From: an uncultured Gammaproteobacteria bacterium
GTDB lineage: Bacteria > Pseudomonadota > Gammaproteobacteria > Pseudomonadales > Azotimanducaceae
Reading direction: 5' to 3'
NCBI GenBank assembly: GCA_913060615.1
Contig: CAJXUL010000001.1
Coordinates: forward strand, 6,391-70,390
DNA: 64,000 nt
Shown: one piece after another, positions 53,628-62,946 of the stretch
Layout of the letters: each line of letters opens with the position of its first letter
Numbering within the stretch: the stretch's first letter is position 1
Notes under the pieces: model-generated
Database searches by the model: none
Told to the model about the DNA's origin: nothing
Seen by the model: the letters and a program-made list of their open reading frames with translations, nothing else
Made by a program: the position numbers and the translations under genes

Positions 53628-54431
53628 ATTAACAAATTAGCTGAACTTTTACATTTGCTCGATATCGAGCAAATTGAAGAAGATATATTTCGCGCGCAAC
53701 ACCCGGCGGCCAGAACCAAAAGACTGTTTGGTGGTCAGATCCTGGCCCAGGCATTAATGGCAGGCATCAAAACGATAGCGCCTGATCGCTTCGTGCATTC
53801 ACTGCATGGATATTTTTTGCGTCCAGGAGACCCTTCTGTACCTGCAATTATTCGCGTGGAACGTACTCGTGATGGCGGCTCTTTTTCTGCCCGGCGTATA
53901 TTGGTGACGCAGCGCGGTGAAGCGATATTTAATATGGACGCATCTTTTCAGGTGCCAGAGTCTGGGTTAAGTCATCAGATGGCTATGCCCGATTTACAGC
54001 CACCTGTAGAGGCGAAAATTCCCAAGGCCTTATTTGATGCGCCATTTGTTACCTGGCGGCATGAATTTCGGCGTTTGCAGTCAGAGACACCACAGCCACC
54101 AGAGCAGTTTGTTTGGTTTAAAAGTACTGGGCCTGTGCCTGAAGACCCCGCATTAGCGGCATGCTTGTTGGTATACGAGTCTGATAACGTGTTATTGGGT
54201 ACTGCGCGCTTACCGCACCGAGGCAGTTTTAAGCGCGAGGCTATGCAGGTGGCAAGTCTAGACCATGCCATGTGGTTTCATCGGCCAGTAGATGTTAGTC
54301 AGTGGTTACTTTACGCCATCGACACCCCCAGCACGTCCGAAGCCAGGGGATACACCCGAGGGAGTATCTTCACCGAGCAAGGCGAACTGGTGGCATCTAC
54401 GGTTCAAGAAGGCTTAATTCGCATTCATTGA
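53628..54431 (+). CDS. tesB: Acyl-CoA thioesterase II (probable ATT start)
   Basis: LFGGQILAQAL, HSLHGYFLRPG, RDGGSFS, ASLDHAMWFH, VQEGLIR. Confidence 0.93.
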   Translation: MNKLAELLHLLDIEQIEEDIFRAQHPAARTKRLFGGQILAQALMAGIKTIAPDRFVHSLHGYFLRPGDPSVPAIIRVERTRDGGSFSARRILVTQRGEAIFNMDASFQVPESGLSHQMAMPDLQPPVEAKIPKALFDAPFVTWRHEFRRLQSETPQPPEQFVWFKSTGPVPEDPALAACLLVYESDNVLLGTARLPHRGSFKREAMQVASLDHAMWFHRPVDVSQWLLYAIDTPSTSEARGYTRGSIFTEQGELVASTVQEGLIRIH

Positions 54432-54452
54432 ACCGACTTGCATTGAGCTAAC

Positions 54453-55499
54453 CTACATAGAGTCAACGAGATTACGCAGCTTCTCACACTGAGCCACGCG
54501 CTCTTCAGCACTTTGACCTGCAAAGTTGACGTTCAGCGAAGTCACACCAGATTCTCTCAATGCATAAAGGCGTTCTTTAACAAAACTCTCGGGTCCAATC
54601 AGTGAACTCTTGGCAAGATAATCCGCTGGAATGGCTTCTTCAGCGGCTTTCTTATCACCTGCAAGGTAAAGGTCTTGAATGATTTTTGCTTCATCCACGT
54701 AACCACTCTTAGAAAAAATATCGTTATAAAAGTTTTTTGACCGAGCGCCCATGCCGCCGATATATAACGCCGCACCAGGACGAGCACGTTCTCTTAATTC
54801 TTCCATACCGTCGCCAATGGCAACGCTACCACCTGCAAAAATGTCCAATGGCGCTCTGCCACCGTCTCTTTTGGCATTACCCTGATCGAGTGACTCACCC
54901 CAAACGGCTCGGGCCGCTTCAGGTGTGTAGAAGGCCGGTAACCAAGCATCTGCTAGTTCAGCAGTTGCAGCCACACTGGTGGGTCCTAAGGAAGCAATGG
55001 CAATTGGAATGTCATCTTTCACTGGGTGGTTGATCAGCTTCAATGGCTTGCCCAAGCCAGTGCCTTCATTCTGAGGTAGCGGAATTTGGTAGTGCTTGCC
55101 AAGGTGTTGAACTTTTTCGCGCTTCCAAACTTTACGGCAAATCTCTATCACTTCACGAGTTCTGGCAACCGGTGCGTTGTAGGGTACGCCGTGAAAACCC
55201 TCAATTACTTGCGGGCCGGAAGCGCCTAGGCCAAGCATCGCGCGTCCGTCGGACAAATAGTCAAGGCCTGCCGCGGTCATCGCCAACAGACTCGGTGTGC
55301 GCGTATAAATTGGCAAAATGCCGGAGGCGATAATCACGCGCTCTGTTTCGGCGGCCAAGTAACCCATGGCTGTCGGCGCATCAAAGGAATAAGCCTCTGG
55401 TACCCATACAACATCTAGTCCTGCCTTTTCTAAGGCCTTTATTTCTGCAACAGCTTCTTTGAATCCGCCCGAATAACTCATCAATGTAGAGATTCGCAT
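54453..55499 (-). CDS. LLM-class oxidoreductase resembling F420-dependent Rv3520c-like enzymes
   Basis: WVPEAYSFDA, RTPSLLAMTAAGLD, LGLGASGPQVIEGFHG, GMGARSKNFY. ATG 55499 is preferred because the longer ORF overlaps the M20 gene. Confidence 0.88.
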   Translation of the reverse strand: MRISTLMSYSGGFKEAVAEIKALEKAGLDVVWVPEAYSFDAPTAMGYLAAETERVIIASGILPIYTRTPSLLAMTAAGLDYLSDGRAMLGLGASGPQVIEGFHGVPYNAPVARTREVIEICRKVWKREKVQHLGKHYQIPLPQNEGTGLGKPLKLINHPVKDDIPIAIASLGPTSVAATAELADAWLPAFYTPEAARAVWGESLDQGNAKRDGGRAPLDIFAGGSVAIGDGMEELRERARPGAALYIGGMGARSKNFYNDIFSKSGYVDEAKIIQDLYLAGDKKAAEEAIPADYLAKSSLIGPESFVKERLYALRESGVTSLNVNFAGQSAEERVAQCEKLRNLVDSM

Positions 55500-55581
55500 T
55501 TTTCTCCCCGGTAATTTTTGTTGCCAGATTATGGAGACTTGTGCATCTTCGTTGCTAGTGATTTTTTTAATAGGAATAGAT

Positions 55582-56988
55582 ATGAAGCGCAAAAATAGCG
55601 TTATGTTCAGGAGTTTGATGGTTTTAGCGGTGTCATTAGGTGTGATGCAGGGTGCTAAAGCGGACGTCACAACTTTTGCCGAAGCAGCTGTGCCTAGACT
55701 TTCGCAGTACCTGAAAATTGATACGGTTAATCCGCCGGGCAATGAGTATCGCGGTGTGGCGTATTTATCCAAGTTACTTGATGACGCTGGAGTCGTATAT
55801 GAATCGGCTGAATCAGCGAAAGGGCGAGGTAATCTCTGGGCCAGACTTGAGGGTGCACCAGGCCCGGATGGCAAAAAGAAGCCCGCATTGGTGTTGCTTC
55901 ACCATATTGACGTGGTGCCAGCGAACTTAAAGTTTTGGACAGTAGACCCCCTATCTGGCGACATTGCAGATGGTTATATATATGGCCGTGGGGCAATCGA
56001 TACCAAGGGTTTAGGTATTGCGCACCTGCAGGCTTTTTTGGCCCTTGCTGATAGCGGTATAACACTCAACAGAGATGTGCTTTTTGTCGCCACAGCAGAT
56101 GAAGAAGCGGGTGGGTTTTTTGGCGCAGGATGGCTTATTGAAAACCGCCCTGAGATTTTTGCTGATGTAGGTTATGTGCTCAATGAAGGTGGTTCAGGGC
56201 GCAGCTTTGGCAGCGATATTGCGGTTATGGTAGAGGTCACGCAAAAAGTCCCCCTTTGGTTGCGGTTAACCGCGCTGGGTAAACCTGGTCACGGCTCTGC
56301 GCCGCAAATGCAAACGTCCGTTACTCGGCTTATCCGTGGCTTGAAGCGCGTCAGTGAAACCGAGTTTCCAGTCAACGTAATAGCCCCTGTTGCACAAATG
56401 TTTGAAGGCATGGCGCCTTATCAAACTGGCGCCGATCGCTCGAACTTTGCCGACATAGCCAAGGCCGTAGAAAATCCCGACTACCTACTGGGTCTAAAAT
56501 TGAATAATCCAGGCGGCCACGCGCTACTGCGTAACACCTGTTCAATCACTACCTTGGAGGGCAGCAGCAAGATCAATGTTGTGCCAGCGCAGGTTCATGC
56601 AGAGTTAGATTGCAGACTGCTACCCGACCAAGATCCCGAGGCGTTTCTTGTTGATTTGAACAATATTATTAATGATAAACATATAACTATTGAGCGCATT
56701 ATGGGCTTCACGCCGGCTATCAGCCGTACTGATACGCCGCTGTATAAGTCAATCGCCAAGGTATCCGAACAAGCTTTTGGCGCGCCAGTTATTCCAACAG
56801 TAGCCGGCGGTTTCACCGACTCGCATTTTTTTCGTGATTTGGGTATTACCAGTTATGGTTACTCGCCGTTTGTCTTTGCGCCGGGAGAATTTTCAGGTGT
56901 GCACGGCAATGATGAGCGTCTAGGTGAGGAAAATCTCAAGCGAGGCGTGCGTACGCTTTACCAGCTGTTGGTAGATTTTGCCGGCTAG
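55582..56988 (+). CDS. Exported M20/M25/M40 (ArgE/DapE-like) metallopeptidase
   Basis: Signal peptide, HHIDVVP, GRGAIDTK, DEEAGG, NEGG, GHGS, TDSH, HGNDE. Confidence 0.92.
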   Translation: MKRKNSVMFRSLMVLAVSLGVMQGAKADVTTFAEAAVPRLSQYLKIDTVNPPGNEYRGVAYLSKLLDDAGVVYESAESAKGRGNLWARLEGAPGPDGKKKPALVLLHHIDVVPANLKFWTVDPLSGDIADGYIYGRGAIDTKGLGIAHLQAFLALADSGITLNRDVLFVATADEEAGGFFGAGWLIENRPEIFADVGYVLNEGGSGRSFGSDIAVMVEVTQKVPLWLRLTALGKPGHGSAPQMQTSVTRLIRGLKRVSETEFPVNVIAPVAQMFEGMAPYQTGADRSNFADIAKAVENPDYLLGLKLNNPGGHALLRNTCSITTLEGSSKINVVPAQVHAELDCRLLPDQDPEAFLVDLNNIINDKHITIERIMGFTPAISRTDTPLYKSIAKVSEQAFGAPVIPTVAGGFTDSHFFRDLGITSYGYSPFVFAPGEFSGVHGNDERLGEENLKRGVRTLYQLLVDFAG

Positions 56989-57030
56989 TTGTTTTGACAA
57001 GCAATGGCGGTTGCGGCTGTAAGTGAAAAA

Positions 57031-57092
57031 CTGGCTGAGTTGGACTGGCTGAGTTGGACTGGCTGAGTTGGACTGGCTGAGTTGGACTGGCT
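57031..57092. repeat. 14-bp perfect tandem repeat (CTGGCTGAGTTGGA)x4 plus 6 nt
   Basis: Read directly; no spacers between units. Confidence 0.97.
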
Positions 57093-57158
57093 AGGCGAAT
57101 AGACGGCTAGCCGTGTTAAGCTTCGACCACTGAAAAGTTATAAACATAGGGCTTGTTA

Positions 57159-58370
57159 ATGGCGTTAACGATAGAAGATAGCGGATTAGATTTTACTCCA
57201 ATGCATGAACGCATGGATTTTTATGTAAAAGAAAATATTTTGTCATGTTGCGCCACGGTGGTAATGCAAGGCACCAAGGTCGTGGATTATAAAACCTTTG
57301 GATATATGAACGTTGAGGACAAATCGCCGCTGCGCGAAGACGCTATTTATCGCATGTATTCCAGCACCAAGTTGGTTACTTCAGTGGCGCTGATGATGCT
57401 TTATGAGCAAGGCCTATTTAAGCTGGATGATCCGTTAGCTAAATTCATGCCAGATTTTGCCGACATGCAAGTACTCAAAGCTGCCGCGAGTTCACCAGAC
57501 GATGTCGCCCCAGCGAAAAACCCTATCCTGATAAAGCATATCCTAAGTCATAGTGCGGGCCTGAGTTATGGCTTTATTGAGCCGGACTCGGTCATTGATC
57601 AGGCCTACAACAAGGCGGTTAACGTCCTGAGTGATTTCAGTCCGGACCTAGAAGAATTTTGCGCAGACATTGCAAAACTGCCACTGGCTTATGAGCCTGG
57701 CACCAGCTGGCGTTATTCTGTGGCGACCGATGTTTGTGCCCGTTTGGTAGAAGTTTTATCCGGACAGAAGTTTGATGAGTTTTTGCGCGACAAAATATTT
57801 ACGCCGTTAGCAATGGTAGATACCGATTTTTGGGTGCCGCCCGAAAAAGCTGCTCGGTTCACTACCATGTATTCACCAACAGATATATTTAAGCCCATGG
57901 CGTCTGGGTTGGTTAAAGCCGACGATCCTATTGCGGGCCAGTACAACCAGCCACGTAATTGGTTAAGTGGCGGTGGCGGCCTCGTTTCTACGGTCTCCGA
58001 CTATGTTGCGTTTTTGCAGATGATCATTAGCGGCGGTGAATGGAACGGACAGCGAATTCTAAAAGCAGAAACGCTAAGTCTGATGAGGACCAATCAATTA
58101 GCTGAAGGGGTCAGTGTTGCATTCCCGATGTGGGCTATGCCGGGCACTGTTTTTGGTCTTGGCTTTGCCCTCAAAGAAAATTTGCAAGAAGGCGACCCGA
58201 TTGGTGCGCAAGGTGAGTATCACTGGGGCGGCATGGCCGGCACGCATAGCTGGATGGCGCCTGAAGCAGACCTTACTGGCTTTTGCTTGACCCAGCGCAT
58301 GCCAGGGTTTTGGCACCCATTCAGTCACGAGTTTAAAGCTCACGCCTATGCTATAGCTGGCACAAAATAG
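57159..58370 (+). CDS. Serine hydrolase, beta-lactamase/EstB (class C-like) family
   Basis: RMYSSTK (SxxK), LSHSAGL, WRYS, HWGG; no signal peptide. Confidence 0.92.
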   Translation: MALTIEDSGLDFTPMHERMDFYVKENILSCCATVVMQGTKVVDYKTFGYMNVEDKSPLREDAIYRMYSSTKLVTSVALMMLYEQGLFKLDDPLAKFMPDFADMQVLKAAASSPDDVAPAKNPILIKHILSHSAGLSYGFIEPDSVIDQAYNKAVNVLSDFSPDLEEFCADIAKLPLAYEPGTSWRYSVATDVCARLVEVLSGQKFDEFLRDKIFTPLAMVDTDFWVPPEKAARFTTMYSPTDIFKPMASGLVKADDPIAGQYNQPRNWLSGGGGLVSTVSDYVAFLQMIISGGEWNGQRILKAETLSLMRTNQLAEGVSVAFPMWAMPGTVFGLGFALKENLQEGDPIGAQGEYHWGGMAGTHSWMAPEADLTGFCLTQRMPGFWHPFSHEFKAHAYAIAGTK

Positions 58371-58411
58371 ACGAATAATAGAAGACTAATAGACGACCAG
58401 AGAGAGAAAAT

Positions 58412-59443
58412 ATGTCACAAGATCCGTCCGATGAGACACCAGACCAAGCCGCGCAAGGCAATGATTTAGATACAGGACCGGCAAAAAAATCTTCAAGTCT
58501 AGTTTTTAAACTGGCTACTTGGGGCTTAACGCTACTGTGTTTTTATTTGGTGTTTTCGCGCACTGAAGCAACAGCGGCTCGTGAAGGTTTGACCGTAATG
58601 GAGTATTTATTACGCTTCTTCGCTGATGCCGACTGGGTTCTGTGGTTATCTCTAATGATTCCCTATTCGGTATTTTTCTTCCTTGTAGACTCTCATGCCA
58701 GTTGGCGTGCAATTCGCTGGTTTAACGCAGAAAACCTGAAACTTAAAGACGTTTTACCCATTCGTGCTAGCGCCTACATTTTGTCGTTAGTGAATGAACA
58801 AGTAGGTAAAGGAGCAATGTCTCTTTATCTGGCGAAGCGCCATAGCGTTCCCGGATGGCAGGCGCTGTCGACTATGATTTTGTTAGGGCTAGTAGAGATT
58901 TATCAGTTACTTATATTCTCTGCTATCGGTGTGGGCCTTTATTACGGTTTGGTTCAGGACGCATCTACGCAAATCCGCTTGGATCTTATTTTGCCAACAG
59001 TGTTTGCAGTGGCCGCCCTTTACCTGCCAATACACATTCTTTTCTTCCGCGGCTACTTAGGCATATTTGAAAAGGTTCGGCAGGTACAGATTTTCAAAGC
59101 GTTCCGCGAAGCGAGCCCTAAGCACTACCTATTGTTACTTTTATGCAAAGCGCCAAACCTGATTTGTGCAGTACTCATTTATACCGTTGCCTTGTCCTTG
59201 TTCAATGTAGACGTAGGCTTTGGTCAGATGCTGGCGTTTCTGCCCGTGATCTTTGTCGCTGCTGCCATGCCTCTGCCCTTCCACGCAGGTGCATTGTTAC
59301 TTTGGACGGTATTGTTTCCGGACTATCCCGAAGTAGGTGTTTTTAGCCTGATTATGCACACGTTCTTTGTGTTGTTTAACGCAGGTATTGGTGTGTTATT
59401 TCTGCCTAAAGCTAACGCTGAGTTATTTGCCAGCAAGGAATAA
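58412..59443 (+). CDS. Lysylphosphatidylglycerol-synthase TM / flippase-like membrane protein
   Basis: About 8 TM segments, PIRASAYILSLVNEQVGKG; no soluble transferase domain. Confidence 0.7.
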   Translation: MSQDPSDETPDQAAQGNDLDTGPAKKSSSLVFKLATWGLTLLCFYLVFSRTEATAAREGLTVMEYLLRFFADADWVLWLSLMIPYSVFFFLVDSHASWRAIRWFNAENLKLKDVLPIRASAYILSLVNEQVGKGAMSLYLAKRHSVPGWQALSTMILLGLVEIYQLLIFSAIGVGLYYGLVQDASTQIRLDLILPTVFAVAALYLPIHILFFRGYLGIFEKVRQVQIFKAFREASPKHYLLLLLCKAPNLICAVLIYTVALSLFNVDVGFGQMLAFLPVIFVAAAMPLPFHAGALLLWTVLFPDYPEVGVFSLIMHTFFVLFNAGIGVLFLPKANAELFASKE

Positions 59444-59484
59444 CTTAGCCGTGTTGGTAGAAGCTAGGAGGTGGCAGAAGGTGG

Positions 59485-60009
59485 TTAGGCGTCTAGCCTA
59501 ACCAAGCTGTAGAGGCGATCGCCCATTGAAAGCAGCGACGTTGCGACAAGTGCCCAAGCCGCCCAGATCAATGCCGGGTTGAGCATTTGTAGGGTTAAGC
59601 ATTGGCAGCCCACGCAAATGCATATCAATACAAAGTAGGCAATGCCGTTATATCTTCCAAGCTTACTGCTGCGCAGAACCTGCCCGCTCAACGCCTTGGA
59701 ATCTAGGGTGTACTGCGCGAAAGCGAGCAAAATTAAAACCCACAAAAATCCGTTTATGAGTCCAAGCTGCGCTAATGCCCATGCTGCGGCACTGACAAAG
59801 ATTGCATCGGTGGCGTGATCGAACAGCCCGCCAAATGCGGTTGCTTGATTCATTTTGCGGGCGATTTTGCCATCGAAGATATCACTCAGAATGGCAATGG
59901 CCAGCGCTAGCGCCGCTAGCCACCAGTCTTCACTGAGAATTAGCCAAACTAGATATGGGGCAATGAGAAACCGCGAAAACGTTAATAGATTGGCCCATGA
60001 TCGCAACAT
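59485..60009 (-). CDS. CDP-alcohol phosphatidyltransferase
   Basis: ANLLTFSR and DIFDGKIARKMNQATAFGGLFDHATD (DxxDGxxAR...G..LD...D). Confidence 0.92.
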   Translation of the reverse strand: MLRSWANLLTFSRFLIAPYLVWLILSEDWWLAALALAIAILSDIFDGKIARKMNQATAFGGLFDHATDAIFVSAAAWALAQLGLINGFLWVLILLAFAQYTLDSKALSGQVLRSSKLGRYNGIAYFVLICICVGCQCLTLQMLNPALIWAAWALVATSLLSMGDRLYSLVRLDA

Positions 60010-60020
60010 AGATTTTACCG

Positions 60021-60476
60021 CTATTGGGCTGGAACTAAGCGGTAGAGTGCACCCTCTGTTTTAAAGTCAGGGTCTGGATCGAAATCGTATTTTGCAACGA
60101 AAGCCTGTCTGATTTTTTCAAACTCGACGCCCTCTACTGCCACGCGCTGTGCGCGAGCCGCGTAAAGTTTGCCGTCTACGTCCAAACGGACCTCGGGGTT
60201 CTGGTCAATATTCTGGGCCCAACGATTGCTGTATTTACCTGCAGCGACATAGAAATTTTGCTGGTCTCCCACACCCCAGATGGTCACTGAGTAGGGCTTT
60301 GCAGGGTTGGTTTCTAACAAAACATTTTCACAGTCTTCCGCAATAGACCAATCTGTTGGCCAAGGCATAACTTCGCCTTCTAGGCTGCCTCCGGCAATAG
60401 GGCCAATGGGCGAACCACATGCGCTGAGAAAAAGGGTGCACAATAGCGCCATGACCCCGTTTGGGTAATTGCGCAT
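60021..60476 (-). CDS. Lipoprotein with probable split-barrel (DUF2255/PNPOx-like) fold
   Basis: Lipobox LSAC, YSVTIW, WAQNIDQNPEVRL. ATG 60476 is preferred because the longer ORF overlaps the next gene. Confidence 0.65.
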   Translation of the reverse strand: MRNYPNGVMALLCTLFLSACGSPIGPIAGGSLEGEVMPWPTDWSIAEDCENVLLETNPAKPYSVTIWGVGDQQNFYVAAGKYSNRWAQNIDQNPEVRLDVDGKLYAARAQRVAVEGVEFEKIRQAFVAKYDFDPDPDFKTEGALYRLVPAQ

Positions 60477-60552
60477 TTTGGCTGGCTCGCTGTAAGGTGT
60501 TGCAGCGGTTTGGCTGTTCATACTTGAAATTGCATTAAGGTTTAGAAAAAGC

Positions 60553-61497
60553 ATGGTCTCAGAAGTATTAGGTAAATGGTTGATAACAGGCGCCAATGGT
60601 AACTTAGGCCGGCGTCTAATTGTGCATTTGTTGCAGTCTACTAGGGACAACATTGTGGCGGTAGTGCGTAGTGAAAGTGCATTGCAAACGCTGCAGCGGC
60701 TAACATCCCCTGAAGGAGAGTTGTCTGAGGCGGATAGTGCGCGATTGTCTTTGGTGGTGGCGGATTACACCAACGTTGCGCAACTCCAAGCTGCGGCTCA
60801 AGGGTGTGATAGAGCCGTGCACCTAGTTGGTATTTTGAAAGCAACTGCCTTTGCCACATATCAGGCGGCCCACGAAGACAGCTGTGCCGCGTTAGTCGAA
60901 GCGCTGGCGGCTACTAGCGTAAAACATATTACTTACCTTTCCATTGTCGGCTCTAAACCCGATGCAGCAAATGCTTGTTTGGCATCAAAAGGACAAGCTG
61001 AAGCCATACTTGCTGCTGGTGGTCCTAGTGCCTGCACACTGCGCGTGCCTATGGTGTTAGGCGAGGGCGATTATGCAAGCGGTGCACTGAGGCGTCGGGC
61101 GTTAGGTAAGAACGGCTTTGTTTTTCGCGGTGATAGCCTAGAGCAGCCCATTTACGCTGGAGATGTGGTTACTGCCATATGTGCGGCGTCAACGCAGCAG
61201 TTAGAGGGTGGGTATGACCTTGGCGGTCCCGAATGCCTTACCCGTAAGCAGCTTTATCAACGTGGCGCAGATCTCTTTGCGAACACCCCAATATTTGTCT
61301 CACTGCCAATCGGTCTGGGCTATCTGGTGGCAGGCGCGTTGGAGCAATTTCTCGGTAACCCGCCCATTACCACCGCCATGTTGGGTGTCCTTGACCATGA
61401 CGACAACATTGACCCAACGCCGACCATGAAGCTATTGGGTATGGAGCAATTGACCTCGTTGAACGCCATGCTAAAAGCGGTATTGGTTGCTCGCTAA
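60553..61497 (+). CDS. NAD(P)-dependent epimerase/NDUFA9-like atypical SDR
   Basis: TGANGNLG, HLVGIL, SKGQAE, QPIYAGD, GGPECLT. Confidence 0.88.
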   Translation: MVSEVLGKWLITGANGNLGRRLIVHLLQSTRDNIVAVVRSESALQTLQRLTSPEGELSEADSARLSLVVADYTNVAQLQAAAQGCDRAVHLVGILKATAFATYQAAHEDSCAALVEALAATSVKHITYLSIVGSKPDAANACLASKGQAEAILAAGGPSACTLRVPMVLGEGDYASGALRRRALGKNGFVFRGDSLEQPIYAGDVVTAICAASTQQLEGGYDLGGPECLTRKQLYQRGADLFANTPIFVSLPIGLGYLVAGALEQFLGNPPITTAMLGVLDHDDNIDPTPTMKLLGMEQLTSLNAMLKAVLVAR

Positions 61498-61570
61498 CAC
61501 CGCTAGAAAATATCGCGGCGCGTAGTGAGCGCTTTTTCCCAAGGTTGCTTCGCGTCACTTGAGCCTCTTC

Positions 61571-62734
61571 TTAGCCTTTTAGTTTCTTCGCCAAAAACGC
61601 TAGGCTGGTGTCCAATCTGTGGTCTACCCCTGAGTGGGTGCCATTGAATTCCTCGTAGCGATGTTCTACCCCGGCGTCCTGCAAAACTTCGCAGAGCTGG
61701 CGGCTGCCATAGTGAATGTGAAATTGATCGCGCCAGCCGCAGTCGATAAAAATAGCCTTAAGAGACTTTAAGTTCTTCTTCTGCCGCGAATTCATGTGAA
61801 TGGGATCGTGGCGAAGCCAGTTGCGCCAGCGAGTTTGCAAAAACTTGCCGTTTTCAAGGTCGAAGGGTAGGCCAAACCCATTGGGCAAGGTTGGATCAGT
61901 GTCATAGCTTGCAGCCATGGCCACCAACATCAACGCCATTATGTCCTTGCCCGCCAATGGGTCGTGTCCGTTCGGATTGCGCGACCAAATGTCTTCAAGA
62001 AAGCGTTTAATCCGGCCGTCATCTTGGCCAGGGTGGGCTTGGCCAGAGACGCTTTTACGTAGACCTTCTTTGAGCTGAGGTTTTGCGTACTTTTGTAAAT
62101 GGGTGAGTACTTCAGGCCACTCGGCTTTGTAGACGAAATCAAAATAGGCATCACCAGAATGATTGGCGATACCGCCCCAATATTGTGGGTAGTCCATAGC
62201 CATTCGCAGTGCACCGTAGCCGCCAGATGATTTGCCGAAACAACCGCGATGCTCTCTTGAGGCCAGAGTTCGGAGTTGGTCGTCTACAAACGGAATAAGT
62301 TCCAAGTTCAGATAGTCTGCATACTGCCCTATGGCGCTGGAGTTGATGTACTGGTTGCCGCCTAAACACGTGAAGCAATCTGGGAAAACTACAATTACTG
62401 GGGGCATGGCTTTATTAGTGATAAGCCGGTCTAGTTTCTGTGGTAGGTTTTCATCGAAATTACGCCAGTTCAAATGCCCAAGCCCGCTGCCAGTAAAGCC
62501 GGCTAAGTCGAACAGCACAGGGAAGCGCTTTTGTGGTTGGTTGTCATAGGCAGCGGGCAAATAAACATTCACAGGGCGTTCGAATGGATCACCTAAGGGG
62601 TTATCTTTGAGCACCGTTGAGGTGTGGTCTAGTGTGACAATTCGGCCCTTGCTAGAGTGCTTTTTGTCCTGCTTTTGGGCAGAGTGGGTTGGGCGTTCTG
62701 CTGTGCGTTTGCTCTGACTCATGATGTTGAGCAT
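61571..62734 (-). CDS. Alpha/beta-fold esterase (Fes/enterochelin-esterase-like family)
   Basis: VYLPAAY, GKSSGGYG nucleophile elbow, IDCG, EEFNGTH; start may be 62722. Confidence 0.87.
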   Translation of the reverse strand: MLNIMSQSKRTAERPTHSAQKQDKKHSSKGRIVTLDHTSTVLKDNPLGDPFERPVNVYLPAAYDNQPQKRFPVLFDLAGFTGSGLGHLNWRNFDENLPQKLDRLITNKAMPPVIVVFPDCFTCLGGNQYINSSAIGQYADYLNLELIPFVDDQLRTLASREHRGCFGKSSGGYGALRMAMDYPQYWGGIANHSGDAYFDFVYKAEWPEVLTHLQKYAKPQLKEGLRKSVSGQAHPGQDDGRIKRFLEDIWSRNPNGHDPLAGKDIMALMLVAMAASYDTDPTLPNGFGLPFDLENGKFLQTRWRNWLRHDPIHMNSRQKKNLKSLKAIFIDCGWRDQFHIHYGSRQLCEVLQDAGVEHRYEEFNGTHSGVDHRLDTSLAFLAKKLKG

Positions 62735-62946
62735 TCCTTGTTAGTTAATAAAACCTAGCTTACCAGCACTATCTAGCGTTATGTCCATTTCGCGGCTTGC
62801 TATGTGCGATCGATTTTTCCAACCTGATAAGGTTTTGGCGTTATTATTGCGCATCACTTTGCATGCATAGATACCTTGCCCAGCGAGTTGTCTGTGTGTT
62901 GAGCGTTGTTTAAATGAAGGGTTATTGAGACACATTAGGAGTAGTT

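Noticed and set aside
55500-55874. N-terminal extension of the LLM ORF in the ORF track
   Set aside because: It overlaps the M20 gene antisense; homology begins at MRIST (ATG 55499).
57031-57092. Possible CRISPR array
   Set aside because: The units are 14 bp, head-to-tail with no spacers, and no cas genes are present; it is a VNTR.
57159-58370. AmpC-type resistance gene
   Set aside because: No signal peptide and no KTG box (HWGG instead); this fits esterase-like members of the family.
60477-60653. N-terminal extension of the 60021 ORF
   Set aside because: It overlaps the divergent epimerase gene; a lipoprotein signal begins at ATG 60476.
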